Source: a virus
Reading direction: 5' to 3' (one strand)
DNA length: 5,192 bases
Virus record (IMG/VR): IMGVR_UViG_3300039208_000077
Span: 1 to 5,192 of that record
Shown piece by piece: positions 5,064 to 5,192 of the stretch. Below the pieces are notes generated by a model. It was given only the letters and a program-made list of their open reading frames with translations. It made no database searches and was not told the origin of the DNA. Every line of letters starts with the position of its first letter. The stretch's first letter is position 1. A program made the translations under genes and the position numbers.

Positions 5064-5192
5064 GTCAGTGATGGAGCATTCGTTTTCAGAGGTGCCGAGA
5101 GCGAATATCCCGAGGTCGAGTTTTAATAGGAGTCATGGTCATAAGAGTACGTTTGATGTTGACTATTTGGTTCCGTTGTTGGTTGATGAGGT
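5056..5192 (+). CDS. VP1: Major capsid protein VP1, N-terminal segment (continues at nt 1 after circularisation; the full CDS is 5056..5093 joined to 1..1552, 529 aa)
   Basis: ATG at 5056 is preceded by GGAGG (5042-5046, 9-nt spacer). Translation is [46 protein letters not shown], in frame with the 74..1552 ORF (5167-5056=111). The IPRS.F..SH..K.TF..G.L.P motif is the conserved gokushovirus VP1 N-terminus. An alternative start is ATG 5071. The start overlaps the VP5 stop (ATGCCTAG). Confidence 0.88.
   Translation, partial: MPRSVMEHSFSEVPRANIPRSSFNRSHGHKSTFDVDYLVPLLVDE
5094..5192. repeat. Terminal direct repeat, right copy (identical to 1-99)
   Basis: Same as the left copy. The implied unit genome length is 5,093 nt. 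Confidence 0.97.

Noticed and set aside
1-5192. tRNA, rRNA, CRISPR arrays, transposase or IS elements
   Set aside because: There are no cloverleaf-compatible segments, no spaced direct repeats and no transposase or integrase-like ORFs. The coding density is fully accounted for by the phage genes.

Overview
The window is one complete, circularly permuted genome of a Gokushovirinae-like member of the Microviridae (small circular ssDNA phage). Nt 1-99 repeat exactly at 5094-5192, so the unit length is 5,093 nt and the ends are an assembly overlap. All credible genes lie on the + strand, and the coding strand is visibly T-rich at third codon positions, as expected for a packaged microvirus strand. 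Gene order is: VP1 major capsid (starts at 5056, crosses the junction, ends at 1552), VP2 pilot/minor capsid, VP3 internal scaffold, intrinsic terminator, two orphan small ORFs, second intrinsic terminator, a 43-aa J/ORF8-like basic protein that is absent from the ORF track, VP4 HUH replication initiator, a possible 52-aa basic ORF, then VP5. Core genes are tightly coupled through overlaps: ATGCCTAG (VP5/VP1), TGATG (VP1/VP2) and ATGA (VP2/VP3). The parts not explained by the canonical gokushovirus plan are: (i) a terminator-bounded, moron-like two-ORF accessory cassette between VP3 and ORF8; (ii) two Cys/His-rich insertions in the Rep protein; (iii) a strongly hydrophobic +1-frame ORF nested in VP1, a possible phiX174-E-like lysis candidate but confounded by T3 bias; (iv) a small HTH-like basic ORF in the VP4-VP5 spacer; (v) nested inverted repeats around the first terminator. 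All family assignments rest on motif recognition from memory. No database search was run.
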